The notes: generated by a model from the sequence alone, not told the origin. A stretch of DNA of 64,000 nt from an uncultured Actinomycetes bacterium (GCA_963737615.1 CAVTTI010000020.1:3322-67321); one strand, 5' to 3'. Shown: positions 19,296 through 29,339, counted from the stretch's first letter. Program-made: numbers and translations.

Positions 19296-20278
19296 TGCAC
19301 GCCTCGAGCCCCGGACGCTTGCGCCAGTTTCCCACGAAGCCAGTCGAGCTCGAAGCCGTCGTCCGGAGCCGGATCGGCGTCGCTCTCACTGAGGATCAAC
19401 TCGGCGTCGTCGAAAAGCGCGCGCGCCCGGTCGTCTTTGCCCCGAGCGAAGGCGACGACGGCTCGGTTCAAGTGCGTCATCGCAGCGCCATAGGCATCGT
19501 CGGAAGCGCCGAGCTCCTCACACTCCACGAAGTAGCGCTCCGCGGCGTCGATGTTTCCGCGATGGATCTCGACGTGGCCGAGGTTGTGGAGCTCGACGCC
19601 CACCATCCCCAGGTCGCCGAGGTGTCGATTCAGGGCCAGGCTCTCTGCGAAGAGAGCCGCGGCCCGGTCGTAATCGCCGGTCAGGCGAGTGCCCTGGGCC
19701 TGCATGTGCAGCGGCGCCTGCCCCATGGCCGGGTCGAGCGTACGGGCGAACTCGCGCGCCTGGGCTGCAAGCGAGCGAGCATGATCGTACTTGCCGTCGA
19801 GGAAGGCCACCCGGCTGAGTCCGAGGTGGGCGAGTGCCAGCGCTTCCGGGTCCTGCACCGCACGGGCGGCCTCCAGGGACGCTTCGCTTCTCAGGCGCGA
19901 GTCTTCCTGCGCCCCCACCATGAAGGCGAGCAGTCCGTCCCCGTACAGCGCGAGCGCTTTCGCCCGCGTAGGTTCTACCTCCCGGCCGTCCAGCACAGCG
20001 GCTAAAAGCACCCGCCCTTCGAGTGGGTCGCGGGCCAGCACCCAAAGCCGCCAGACATTTGCAGCGAGCTCAGTCGCTTCGTTGTCGGCTCCACTCTCCA
20101 GCAGGAACCGAGCTGCAGCCGCGAAGGACTCTTTCTCCGAGAGGAGCTGCTCTGCCCATGCGTCCTGGTCCGCGAGTACCGGACTGCCCGAAGAAGACGG
20201 AAACCGCCACCGGACCTCGCGGGAACGCTCGAGCAGGCGGCGCGCCTCTTCCGAGCTCACATCTCGACCGCTATTCAA
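19292..20278 (-). CDS. TPR-repeat protein
   Basis: 328-aa Ala/Leu-rich ORF with repeated helical hairpin units (ALAHLGLSRVAFLDGKYDHARSLAAQA, NLGHVEIHRGNIDAAERYFVE, etc.). 4-nt overlap with the cyclase gene. Confidence 0.6.
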   Translation of the reverse strand: MNSGRDVSSEEARRLLERSREVRWRFPSSSGSPVLADQDAWAEQLLSEKESFAAAARFLLESGADNEATELAANVWRLWVLARDPLEGRVLLAAVLDGREVEPTRAKALALYGDGLLAFMVGAQEDSRLRSEASLEAARAVQDPEALALAHLGLSRVAFLDGKYDHARSLAAQAREFARTLDPAMGQAPLHMQAQGTRLTGDYDRAAALFAESLALNRHLGDLGMVGVELHNLGHVEIHRGNIDAAERYFVECEELGASDDAYGAAMTHLNRAVVAFARGKDDRARALFDDAELILSESDADPAPDDGFELDWLRGKLAQASGARGVQ

Positions 20279-20337
20279 TGCTTCCTACTCAGACGGAGCG
20301 GCACAGGATCGAACCTAACGTAGCTGAGGCCGCGGGC

Positions 20338-20841
20338 CTACCGCGTTGAGCCTTGGGCGTCTCCCGTGCGTGCCCGCAGGCGCCGGGCGGCCAGGTCGAC
20401 GGCCTCGACGATGCCGGCGTAGCCGGTGCAGCGGCAGATGTTGCCGGCGAGCGCCTCTCTGATCTCGCGCTCGTCCGGATCCTGGTGCTCGCGCAGGTAC
20501 GCCTCGAGGGACATGAGGAAGCCGGGAGTGCAGAAGCCGCACTGAAGCGCGTGCGTCTCTCGAAAGGCCTCCTGGAGCGGGTGCAACTGGCCGTCGGGCC
20601 CGGCCAAAGCCTCGACGGTGCGTACAGAGCGGCCGTCCGCCTGCACGGCCAGCATGAGGCAGGATCGCACCGGCTCCTCGTCGAGCTGAACCGTGCAGGC
20701 ACCGCAGACGCCGTGCTCGCAGCCCACGTTCGTTCCGGTAAGCCGCACGTCGTGCCGGATGAAGTCGGACAGAAGCGTGCGAGGGTCGACGACCGCCTCG
20801 TAGCGCCGGCCGTTGATCTCGAGCGCGATCGGTCTGGTCAC
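20338..20841 (-). CDS. Molybdenum hydroxylase small subunit, [2Fe-2S]-binding (CoxS-like)
   Basis: GCEHGVCGACTV and CGFCTPG...ICRCTGY cysteine clusters. Confidence 0.9.
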   Translation of the reverse strand: MTRPIALEINGRRYEAVVDPRTLLSDFIRHDVRLTGTNVGCEHGVCGACTVQLDEEPVRSCLMLAVQADGRSVRTVEALAGPDGQLHPLQEAFRETHALQCGFCTPGFLMSLEAYLREHQDPDEREIREALAGNICRCTGYAGIVEAVDLAARRLRARTGDAQGSTR

Positions 20842-21701
20842 GCGGCTTCCTTCGCGCGGGCGGCCGCCTTCGTCAATGCCCGCGCGGCGAGCTCATGTGC
20901 GAGAGTGCGCCGGAACTCGCGGTCGAAGGGCGCCTCGACGTCCTCGGCCGCCAGGGCGGCTGCCTCTCGAAGATTTTTGGCACTCGGCGGACGGCCCTCG
21001 AGAGAGGCCTCCGCACCCGCCGCCCGCCGAGGCGCCGGCCCGGCGGCGAGCAGCACGATCGCAGCCCGTTCGCACGTCCCGCGCTGGCCGAGCGTGAGCA
21101 CGGCCGCCGCTCCGCCGACTGCAAAGTCTCCGTGTGTCCTTGCATGCTCGACGATGGCCGTTCCGGTGCGCGGCGGAACCGGCGGGACCTCGATCTCGAC
21201 CAGGAACTCGTCCGGCTCGATTGCAGTCGAGAGAAATCCGAGAAAGAGCTCCTCCGCGCCGAGCGTTCGCGTGCCGCGCATCGAGCGAAGGTGGAAGCGC
21301 GTGTCAAGAGCGGTGAAGACGGCGGGGAGCTCGGAGGCCGGATCGGCATGGGCGACGGACCCGCCGACGGTGCCGCGCGAACGGATCTGCGGGTGGCCGG
21401 AGAGCTGGACGGCCTCGCGGAGGAGAGGCCAGTACAGGCCGACGACCCGTGACCGCTCGAGGGCCGCCGCGCGGGTGAGCGCGCCGATCCGCAGCACGCC
21501 GTCGCGGCGGCGCAGGTAATTGAGCTCGGCGACCCTGTTCAGGTCGATGAGACGCGCCGGCCGCGCAAGCCTGAAGTTCAGCAGGGGGACGAGGCTCTGA
21601 CCCCCCGCGAGCACCTTGGCGTCCTCACCGTGGCGGGCGAGGAGGGCAAGCGCCTCCTCGAGCTCCGTCGGCGCGTCGTACTCGAAGGGAGCAGGCTTCA
21701 C
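20838..21701 (-). CDS. Molybdenum hydroxylase medium subunit, FAD-binding (CoxM-like)
   Basis: ORF 20838..21812 trimmed to GTG 21701 (VKPAPFEYDAPTELEEALALL, AGGQSLVPLLNFRLA). GTGA overlap with the upstream stop. Confidence 0.85.
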   Translation of the reverse strand: MKPAPFEYDAPTELEEALALLARHGEDAKVLAGGQSLVPLLNFRLARPARLIDLNRVAELNYLRRRDGVLRIGALTRAAALERSRVVGLYWPLLREAVQLSGHPQIRSRGTVGGSVAHADPASELPAVFTALDTRFHLRSMRGTRTLGAEELFLGFLSTAIEPDEFLVEIEVPPVPPRTGTAIVEHARTHGDFAVGGAAAVLTLGQRGTCERAAIVLLAAGPAPRRAAGAEASLEGRPPSAKNLREAAALAAEDVEAPFDREFRRTLAHELAARALTKAAARAKEAA

Positions 21702-22318
21702 CGGCGCTCGACGACGATGATGACCTTGCGCGATCGCGCCGCAAGCGCGAGCCCGAGCACCGCGGCTCCCAAGAGTGCGATCCAGCCGTACCGGCGAAGC
21801 AGCGGGCCCCACGCCGCGCTCCCTACGTCGAGGACCTCCTCTTTCGCCGCCGCGGGAACGCCCACGTCACCGCCGAGAACCTCTGCTTCGAGCCGGGAGG
21901 CGAACTGGTCGAGCAGGCGGCTCGACACGTCTTCGAGGATCCCACGGCCGAACTGCGCCGCCTTGCCGGTTATGTCGAGCTCGGTCTCGACGATGACGCG
22001 CGTGCCTCCAGCCTCGTCGGGAACGAGCCGGTTCGTGATCGTCGCCGTGGCCGTTCCCTGGCCGCGTGCCTCGCGGCCCTGAACTCGAAAGGTCGCGACC
22101 CGCTCGTCCTCGTCGGCGTCTTCCAGCGTGGCCGCACCGGTGTACTCGGCCGTAACCGGACCCAGCTTCACGCGCATGCTGCCGCGGTAGACGCCCTCCA
22201 CTCCGTCCCCCTCGATCGAGGCTCCAGGCAGCGCCCGCACGACGCGAGCTACGTCCAGCAGGGTCCGCCACGTCTCGTCGAGGGGTGCTGCCACAACGAC
22301 TTCGTTCTTCAGCTTCAT
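21698..22318 (-). CDS. CoxG-like SRPBCC-fold protein with C-terminal membrane anchor
   Basis: ORF trimmed to ATG 22318 (MKLKNEVVVAAPLDETWRTLLDV...). GKAAQFGRGILEDVSSRLLDQFA is typical of CoxG. The hydrophobic tail is WIALLGAAVLGLALAA. Confidence 0.75.
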   Translation of the reverse strand: MKLKNEVVVAAPLDETWRTLLDVARVVRALPGASIEGDGVEGVYRGSMRVKLGPVTAEYTGAATLEDADEDERVATFRVQGREARGQGTATATITNRLVPDEAGGTRVIVETELDITGKAAQFGRGILEDVSSRLLDQFASRLEAEVLGGDVGVPAAAKEEVLDVGSAAWGPLLRRYGWIALLGAAVLGLALAARSRKVIIVVERR

Positions 22319-22322
22319 GGGC

Positions 22323-24572
22323 TCATTCCTCCTTGTGGAGCGCTCGCCAGACCTTCTCCTCCGTGAACGGCGGATCGAGGCCGGCCACCCCTTTCGCGGC
22401 GAGCGCGTCCGCAACGGCATTCCCGACGGCTGCGGGGACCCCGATCGCGCCACCCTCCCCGATCCCCTTCGCGCCCAGTGGATTCAAGGGCGTCGGAATC
22501 TCGACGAACGCACTCGCGATGGGCGGCACCTCCACGGCCGTCAACAGACTGTAGTCCGCGAACGATGCTGTCCGGAGCTGGCCGCTCTCGTCGTAAACCG
22601 CCTCCTCGGCGACGCACTGGCCGAGCCCCTGAACGGAACCACCGACCACCTGTCCCTCGGCGAGAAGCGGATTCACGATGCGCCCGGCGTCGTCAGCCGC
22701 GGCCAGCCGGAGGACACGCAAGGCGCCGATCGCCTCGTCGATCTCGACGACGGCGGCGTAAGCGCCCGAGGAGAAGAGCAGGTCCGAGCTGAACCGGGCT
22801 TGCGCCTCGAGGCCCCCCGCGGCGGCCGCGACCTCGCGCAACGTGACCGAACGGGTCGAATCCCCAGAGACCACGAACCGTCTCTCTCGCCACTCGATGT
22901 CCTCTGCGGCGGCGTCCAGAAGCTTTGCGGCAACAGGTCGTCCTAGCTCGCGGGCGCTCGCTGCGGCCTCCACGACTGCCGATCCCCCCATCGCGATCGA
23001 CCGGCTCGCGAACGTCCCCGTTCCGGCCGGGACCTCCGCAGAGTCTCCCCAGCGGACCTCGACGTCGTCGGGCGCGACGCCGAGCTCGTCGGCGGCGATC
23101 TGCGCAAAGGCGGTCTCGTGGCCCTGGCCGTGAGGCGAGGAGCCCGTCCGCACGACCACCTGGCCCTCGGACGACATCTCGAGCTCGGCCGACTCCCAGA
23201 GCCCGCCGCACCGTTCGAGCGCCATCGCCACGCCCGCGCCTATGAGGCGACCCTCGTTCTGCGCGGCTTGGCGCTCGTCGTCCCAGCTCTCGGCGTGTAC
23301 GAGGCCCAGGACGGTGTCCAGGCAGTGCTCGTAATCACCAGAGTCGTAGACCCACCCGAGCGCCGTCTCGTAGGGAAACGCATCGCGGGACACGAGGTTC
23401 CGCCGCCGCATCTCGACCGGGTCGATCCCTACCTCGCGAGCCGCCAGGTCAACCGTGCGCTCGATGATGTAGGCGGCCTCAGGCCGCCCCGCGCCCCGGT
23501 AGGGGCCAGTCGGAACCTTGCTCGTGGCCACACCGACGAGCTCGACCTCCGCTGCCGGGATTGCGTAGGCGCCGGTGAGGAGCATGGCGGTGGTATGCGG
23601 CGAAACGGCTGTCGTCGGGTAGAGATAGGCACCCACGTCCGAGTACAGGCGAGCCCTAAGGGCGAGCATCCGCCCGTCGCCCCCGAGGGCGAGCTCGACG
23701 TCGGCTTCCAGGCCGCGACCCTGATAGGCGGCGAGGAAGTTCTCGAGGCGATCCTCGGCCCATTTCACCGGGCAGTTCAGGTCAATGGCGAGCACCGCTG
23801 CGACCGCGATCTCCGGCCCTACCGCCCCCTTGCTTCCGAAGGCGCCTCCCACGTCGGGAACGACGATGCGCAGTCGCTCGCGGTCTCGGCCGAGCACGTG
23901 GCCGAGCTGCGCGAGCGGCCGGTGCGGGTCCTGAGCCGAGCACCGAATCGTGAGCAGGTCGGTCGACGCGTCGTACTCGGCGATGGCGCCCCGGGGCTCG
24001 ATCGGAGCGGCGATGAGCCGGGGGATGCGAAAGGAAGCGGAGACAACGCAGTCCGCCGCGGCGAATGCGCCGCCAACGTCGCCGCGCGAGCGCGCCCAGC
24101 GGACGAGATCGTCTCCCGATTCCTCGTGCAGGAGCGGCGGCGCAGCCGGATCGCGGCGTACGTCCAGAACCGGAGCGAGCGGCTCGTAGTCGCATCGAAC
24201 GAGCTCGGCGGCGTCCTCTGCTTCCGCGCGCGTCCGGGCCGCAACTGCTGCGACCCCTTCGCCGACATAACGGACCTTGTCCCGCGCAAGCACCGGATGG
24301 CCGCAGTCCGCGACCACTCCGTCTTCGACCGACCCGGCCGGCAGTGTTGAGACACGACCCGCGAGGTCGGCACCAGTGACGACGGCCAAGACACCGGGGG
24401 CCGCGCGCGCGGCCTCCACGTCAATCGTTCCGAGTCCTGCGTGAGCATGCGGGCTGCGGACGAACGCAAGCTGCAGTGCTCCTTCGGGATCGAAGTCGTC
24501 GAGGTAGCGCGCTGCCCCCGTCAGAAAGCGCGTGTCCTCGCGCCGACGTAGTGGAAGCCCCACGTGATTCAT
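22323..24572 (-). CDS. Molybdopterin-binding large subunit of the xanthine dehydrogenase/CoxL family (form-II-like, not a bona fide CO dehydrogenase)
   Basis: 749 aa. N-terminal LPLRRREDTRFLTGAARYLDD. The active-site loop reads GPYRGAGRPEAAY (AYRGAGR type), not the AYxCSFR loop of form I CoxL. Confidence 0.85.
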   Translation of the reverse strand: MNHVGLPLRRREDTRFLTGAARYLDDFDPEGALQLAFVRSPHAHAGLGTIDVEAARAAPGVLAVVTGADLAGRVSTLPAGSVEDGVVADCGHPVLARDKVRYVGEGVAAVAARTRAEAEDAAELVRCDYEPLAPVLDVRRDPAAPPLLHEESGDDLVRWARSRGDVGGAFAAADCVVSASFRIPRLIAAPIEPRGAIAEYDASTDLLTIRCSAQDPHRPLAQLGHVLGRDRERLRIVVPDVGGAFGSKGAVGPEIAVAAVLAIDLNCPVKWAEDRLENFLAAYQGRGLEADVELALGGDGRMLALRARLYSDVGAYLYPTTAVSPHTTAMLLTGAYAIPAAEVELVGVATSKVPTGPYRGAGRPEAAYIIERTVDLAAREVGIDPVEMRRRNLVSRDAFPYETALGWVYDSGDYEHCLDTVLGLVHAESWDDERQAAQNEGRLIGAGVAMALERCGGLWESAELEMSSEGQVVVRTGSSPHGQGHETAFAQIAADELGVAPDDVEVRWGDSAEVPAGTGTFASRSIAMGGSAVVEAAASARELGRPVAAKLLDAAAEDIEWRERRFVVSGDSTRSVTLREVAAAAGGLEAQARFSSDLLFSSGAYAAVVEIDEAIGALRVLRLAAADDAGRIVNPLLAEGQVVGGSVQGLGQCVAEEAVYDESGQLRTASFADYSLLTAVEVPPIASAFVEIPTPLNPLGAKGIGEGGAIGVPAAVGNAVADALAAKGVAGLDPPFTEEKVWRALHKEE

Positions 24573-25561
24573 GCCGTGCTCTCGGAGAGCGCGCCCAGGA
24601 TGACCTGGAGGGCGGCAATGCCCTCTGCGGCGCCGGTTTCCGGGACGGTCCCGCCGCGGATCGCGCGTCCGAACTCCTCGAGTTCCTCCGCGAGGGGATC
24701 GCGCGGATCGAAGGTGACGTCCTCGACCTCGTCCTTCTTGATCAGTGAGAGAGTTGTCGCCCCGTCGACTAGCTCAGCGTTGGGCCACACGGACATGTCG
24801 ACGCGGTACTCGAGCACAGCCAGAGTTCCATAGAGGCGGAGAAAGAACGTGTGCGGGGAGACGTAGCTTCCAGTGATGGCACCGACGGCGCCGCTCTCGA
24901 AGCGGAGCGAGACGGCGCCCACGTCGTCGATCTCCGCCCGGGTTACGAGGCGCGCGAAGACTCCGTGGGACTCGGCAACCGGCCCGAGCCAGTAGCGGAG
25001 GGTGTCCGCGTGGTGGATCCCGAGCTGCAGCAGGGGGCCACCTGGTGCCCGTCTCCGGTACCACCGCCATGCTTCGGGGACGAGCTTGCCCGGGAGCGAG
25101 AAATTCGCCTCGGCGAGGACGACCGTGCCGAGAGTCTCTTCGTCGAGCAGGGCTTTCACGCGCCGCGCGGCCCCGAACCGACGGAAGGCATGGCCGACAG
25201 AAAGGACGAGCCCGTCAGACTGGAAGCGGTCGCGCATCTCCGAACCGGCTTCGACAGTGTCGGCGATCGGTTTCTCGACGAAGACGTGCTTCCCCCGGTC
25301 TGCGCAGGCGAGCCCCTGCGGAGCGTGGAGGTCGTTCGGGGTGACGAGCAGGACGCCCTCGACGTCGGGATGCTCGATTGCAGCCTCGAACGACTCCGCC
25401 GCCTCGATGCCTCGCTCGGCGGCAAACTCCTCGCGCCGCCCCGCGTCACGGCTGAAGCAGGTGACCAGCCTGATGCCCGCTACCCGAGAACAAGCAGCGG
25501 CGATCCTCGGGCCCCACATGCCCGTTCCGCCGATCAGAGCCACACCGACGGGGTCCGTCAC
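24569..25561 (-). CDS. Gfo/Idh/MocA-family NAD(P)-dependent oxidoreductase
   Basis: GVALIGGTGMWG Rossmann start, HVFVEKPIA (EKP motif), two-domain length of about 330 aa. Confidence 0.8.
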   Translation of the reverse strand: MTDPVGVALIGGTGMWGPRIAAACSRVAGIRLVTCFSRDAGRREEFAAERGIEAAESFEAAIEHPDVEGVLLVTPNDLHAPQGLACADRGKHVFVEKPIADTVEAGSEMRDRFQSDGLVLSVGHAFRRFGAARRVKALLDEETLGTVVLAEANFSLPGKLVPEAWRWYRRRAPGGPLLQLGIHHADTLRYWLGPVAESHGVFARLVTRAEIDDVGAVSLRFESGAVGAITGSYVSPHTFFLRLYGTLAVLEYRVDMSVWPNAELVDGATTLSLIKKDEVEDVTFDPRDPLAEELEEFGRAIRGGTVPETGAAEGIAALQVILGALSESTA

Positions 25562-26745
25562 GCCGCGGCGACGAGTGGCTCGAGGGGAACGTCGTGCAGC
25601 GACTCCGCGCCGTCTTCGCGGACGACCGTGAGCTCTCCGAGCTGGAGGCCCATTTTCTCGTCCGGAGTGATCGGGTTCGGCTGGACGACGATGGCCATGC
25701 CACGTTCGAACGTCGCTCCGCCGTCCTCGGGTGGATGGCCGAGCTGCGTCCGGTCGACGATCGGCGGCATGATGTCGACCCCGTAACCATGCACCAGGTC
25801 GTCGTAGATCGCGTAGCCGGCCTCGCGGATGGGCTCGCCGGCGCGAATGACGTCGGCCTCTGTGACGCCGGCCTGAAGCACAGCGAGGATCGCCTGGTAG
25901 GACTCGAGGGCGACGTCGAACATCCGCTGCCAGTCGCGGGTGGGATCAGCTCGGACGAAGATGGGCCGCTGGATCTGCCCGGTGTAGCCCCAGTAGGAGG
26001 CGCTGAACTCGGTGATCACGACGTCGCCGGCCGCGATCCGGCGACGCGACGGGTTCTGCGCCGGGAGGCATCCGTTGGGCTCGTCCATGGCCATGGAGCG
26101 GAGGAACATGATCCGTGGAATGCCGCCTTCGGAGCGGTACGCGCTCTCCGCGATCGCGACGAGCTCGACGTCGGTCATGCCAGGCCGGGCCTGCTCGGCG
26201 AGCGCGAGGATCGCCTGATCGGTCAGCGCGGCGCCCCTCCGCAGCCAGTCGATCTCCTCCTCCGATTTGATTGCCCGCAGGCGCTGGAAGGACGACGTCA
26301 CGTCCACCAGCTCGAGATCCGGCAGCGTCTCTCGGAGGCGCTGGTGGTGTGCATACGGCATTCCCATCGAGAACTTCGAGTTCACGCCCACGAGCCCCGC
26401 GCGTCCTCGCTCGAGCCCGAGGTCAACGAGGCGCGCCGCCACGGCCGCAGCGGGGTCGTAGCCGCCCCACTCGACGATCGGGACGTCGCTCACCTCGCGG
26501 GCATTTGGGACATGATTGGTCAGGCCCGTGTAGAGCGCTGCCTCCTGCGCCTCGTCCTTCGGCACGACGAGATACGAGTGATGGAGATCGAGATGGTTGG
26601 AGAGCCAGAAGGCGTTCGCCATGTTCCCGCGGCTCACACCCGAGTTGCCGAAGAGCACGAGTGCTTCGAGGTCGTTGTTTCGCACGAGGTCGCGCGCGAG
26701 CCCGAAACGCCGCTCCATCTCCGCGGGCGAGAACTTATCCCACAT
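25558..26745 (-). CDS. M24-family metallohydrolase (creatinase/prolidase fold), paralog 1
   Basis: ORF trimmed to ATG 26745 (MWDKFSPAEMERRFGLARDLV). Creatinase-like N-domain, then DVVITEFSASYWGYTGQIQRP...HGYGVDI...MAIVVQPN pita-bread-fold motifs. Confidence 0.75.
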   Translation of the reverse strand: MWDKFSPAEMERRFGLARDLVRNNDLEALVLFGNSGVSRGNMANAFWLSNHLDLHHSYLVVPKDEAQEAALYTGLTNHVPNAREVSDVPIVEWGGYDPAAAVAARLVDLGLERGRAGLVGVNSKFSMGMPYAHHQRLRETLPDLELVDVTSSFQRLRAIKSEEEIDWLRRGAALTDQAILALAEQARPGMTDVELVAIAESAYRSEGGIPRIMFLRSMAMDEPNGCLPAQNPSRRRIAAGDVVITEFSASYWGYTGQIQRPIFVRADPTRDWQRMFDVALESYQAILAVLQAGVTEADVIRAGEPIREAGYAIYDDLVHGYGVDIMPPIVDRTQLGHPPEDGGATFERGMAIVVQPNPITPDEKMGLQLGELTVVREDGAESLHDVPLEPLVAAA

Positions 26746-27805
26746 CTGCGAGCTCCTTTCGAATCCAGTCTGCGACGAGCGGCCGGTACTTGTACGGGAC
26801 GTTGTTGCAGACGTGGGTGCCCTCCTCATAGACGACGAAGCGCGCGCGAAGCGCCTCGGCGGCGATCCGGCGCGTCTGCTCCCACGGGATGATGCGGTCG
26901 AGCTTGCCGGTAACTATGAGTGCCGGCTGGCGGAGCTCGCCGATGACCGGTCCTAGATCGAGCTGGAGCGCTTTTTCCCGGGCGGCCTCATCGTCACCGG
27001 CGCCCGAGTGGTGCCTGAACGCCTCGCGCGTCAGCGCCGGGAGGCCGGCCCAGCATTCGCCGAAGTTGAACGGGCCGCTGACCCCGGCGACTGCCCGGAT
27101 CCGCGGCTCGCCGGCAGCCGCACGTGGCGCGTAGTACCCACCCAGACTGACCCCGACGGCCCCGACCCGGTCGAGGTCGAGGTCTCGGCGTCCGGCGAGC
27201 ACGTCGAGCGCCGCCGCCACGGCCTGCTCGTACTCCGGTCGGATGTGGGTCGTGAAGCCGCTCTCGCCCTGCCCGGGACCATCGAGTGAAAGGGTTGCCA
27301 GGCCTCGATGGAGGAAGACGTTCTCCCAGTTGAAGAACTCCTCTTTCGTCGAGTCGAGGCCCGGGATCAGGAGCACGAGCGGCGGACGCGCCTCGCTTCC
27401 GGACCGGCGGAGGTTTCCGACCAGCTTTGTTTCTTCGAAGGGGATCTCGATTCGCTCGGCTTCCGGGTCGAGATGCCGGTGAGCTGCATAGATGCACTCG
27501 ATCGCGTGCACGGTCGCTTCGCGGTGCCGCTCGAGGTCGAGCGTCCAGACGAACTTGGCAAAGTGGTATGACAGGGCGGCGCGCACGAACGCTTCTCCTG
27601 CGGTCACGCCGTCGCCGGCCTCCTCGGCTTCGGCGGCGAGCGCGCGATGCTCGCCCGCGCTCTCCGCCCAGGCGCCGAGCCACTCGTCCCAGCGCTCGAT
27701 CCGCGCGGTCGTCCGCCGGAAGTCGTTGAAGTCGACTCCCTGTGAGACGAAGCGGGGCGCCCAGTTCGCGATCGCAGCCTCGACCCGCGCGTCAGGCACC
27801 GGCAA
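26735..27805 (-). CDS. Alpha/beta hydrolase with N-terminal helical domain (FrsA/DHPON-hydrolase-like)
   Basis: LLIPGLDSTKEEF and GVSLGGYYA (GxSxG nucleophile elbow) after a helical N-terminal domain of about 120 aa. The subfamily assignment is from memory of that architecture. Confidence 0.7.
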   Translation of the reverse strand: MPVPDARVEAAIANWAPRFVSQGVDFNDFRRTTARIERWDEWLGAWAESAGEHRALAAEAEEAGDGVTAGEAFVRAALSYHFAKFVWTLDLERHREATVHAIECIYAAHRHLDPEAERIEIPFEETKLVGNLRRSGSEARPPLVLLIPGLDSTKEEFFNWENVFLHRGLATLSLDGPGQGESGFTTHIRPEYEQAVAAALDVLAGRRDLDLDRVGAVGVSLGGYYAPRAAAGEPRIRAVAGVSGPFNFGECWAGLPALTREAFRHHSGAGDDEAAREKALQLDLGPVIGELRQPALIVTGKLDRIIPWEQTRRIAAEALRARFVVYEEGTHVCNNVPYKYRPLVADWIRKELADVG

Positions 27806-29339
27806 CCACCTGCTCGAGTGAAATCCCCAGATCCTCGAGGAGGACTGCCGCCGCGTTCCGGCCGGGCGCCGCCGAGACTGACCCGCCGGGATGCGTGGTC
27901 GCCCCCGTCTGGTAGAGGTTGGAGATCGGCAGTCGCGGCTGAAAGCGGAGCGCCCCCGACTGTGACGGCCCGAGATCGCCGCCGTGGCACGTTCCGTGCC
28001 AGTTGTGCTCGTTCATGCGCTCGAGGTCGAGCGGACTCTTGACCACCTGCGCGAGAATCGTCTCCTCCGTCATGTTCGGCGCGTAGCGGCGCAACTCGGC
28101 GAGGTTCCGGGCCGCGGCCTCCTCTTTGACCTCGTCCCAGCGCTCCGGGCCACCCTCGGCCAGGTCGTAGGGCTGAAACCCGATCACCTTCAGCACGTGC
28201 TTGCCCTCAGGAGCCCGAGAGGGATCGGCAACGGTGGCGCAGACGACCAGCAGGACCGGCTCGTCCAGAGCGAGAAGCCCACGCTCGGCCTCCGACCCGA
28301 GGCGGAGAAGGCGATCGACGGACGCGGCCGTTCCCGAGGCGACCGGGGTCACCGGGCCGCTCTCCGCACCGTACGTCGGCGCCTCGGTGGTGGCCAAGTG
28401 CGTGGGAAAGAGGCTGATGCCGCCCCGCCAGGAATCGACCGCATGAACGAACTCCTCGCCCCACTCATTGGCCGGCGCGAGCTCGACGAGCTGCTTGACG
28501 TGGATGGTGGACACGACGGCTTTTTGCGCGAGGAAGCGCTCCCCGGCCTCCGTCTCGACACCCTTGCACCGCCCTCCCTCGAGGATGAGGCCGGTCACAC
28601 GCCGGCCGGTGAGGATCGTGCCCCCGCGTTCCTCGATCAACCGCTCGAGGGCGAGCGGCAGGGCAGCCGAGCCGCCCCGTGGGAGCACCCAGCTGTTCTC
28701 CTGGCGGCCGTAGGTCAGGGAGTACGTGAGGAGACCGGTGCCAGGCCGCTCGGGTGGCTGCACGGTCATGAGGCTCATCCAGAGCATGAAGGCCCGAGCG
28801 TGCGGGTCTTCGAACTGGCCACGGACGACGTCCCAGGCGCTCATCGCGAGCCGCCGGCGCCACCGCCCGTCGAGCACGTCCTCCGGGCGCGGCGCGCGCC
28901 CGATCGGGTTGTTCCGGTAGGCCCCGAACACACGCTTGACGGCGTCGTACTCGCCGATCAGGCGTCGGTAGGCGTCGGCATCCGAACGCGAGAACTTCGC
29001 GAACTCCTGGCACGTGCGCTCGAGGTCGCGCCATAACGTGATCGAGGTGCCGTCGGGAAAGGGGAGGTGGAGGACGGGGTCCGGATGGAGGTACTCCAGT
29101 CCGTATTCCTCGAGCCGGAGCTCGCGGACGGCCGGGTTCGCCTGGATCAGGTTGTGTGCAGTCGAGCAGGAGTCGTGGAGGAAGCCCGGGAGCGTCAGCT
29201 CCTCCGTTGCGGTATTACCGCCCACCACCGATCGAGCCTCGAGCACGAGCACCTGAAGCCCTGCGCAGGCGAGGTAGGCAGCCGCGACCAGGCTGTTGTG
29301 TCCGGCCCCTGCCACGATCACGTCGGGCTCCGAGGTCAT
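27792..29339 (-). CDS. FAD-dependent oxidoreductase of the phytoene-desaturase/CrtI-like (COG1233) family
   Basis: DVIVAGAGHNSLVAAAYLACAGLQVLVLEARSVVGGN dinucleotide-binding start. C-terminal [20 protein letters not shown] is typical of this family. Confidence 0.8.
   Translation of the reverse strand: MTSEPDVIVAGAGHNSLVAAAYLACAGLQVLVLEARSVVGGNTATEELTLPGFLHDSCSTAHNLIQANPAVRELRLEEYGLEYLHPDPVLHLPFPDGTSITLWRDLERTCQEFAKFSRSDADAYRRLIGEYDAVKRVFGAYRNNPIGRAPRPEDVLDGRWRRRLAMSAWDVVRGQFEDPHARAFMLWMSLMTVQPPERPGTGLLTYSLTYGRQENSWVLPRGGSAALPLALERLIEERGGTILTGRRVTGLILEGGRCKGVETEAGERFLAQKAVVSTIHVKQLVELAPANEWGEEFVHAVDSWRGGISLFPTHLATTEAPTYGAESGPVTPVASGTAASVDRLLRLGSEAERGLLALDEPVLLVVCATVADPSRAPEGKHVLKVIGFQPYDLAEGGPERWDEVKEEAAARNLAELRRYAPNMTEETILAQVVKSPLDLERMNEHNWHGTCHGGDLGPSQSGALRFQPRLPISNLYQTGATTHPGGSVSAAPGRNAAAVLLEDLGISLEQVVAGA

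Noticed and set aside
22323-24572. Possibility that the CoxSML-like genes encode aerobic carbon monoxide dehydrogenase
   Set aside because: The large-subunit active-site loop is GPYRGAGR (form-II/general xanthine dehydrogenase-family type), not the AYxCSFR loop of form I CoxL. No coxDEF-type accessory genes are present.
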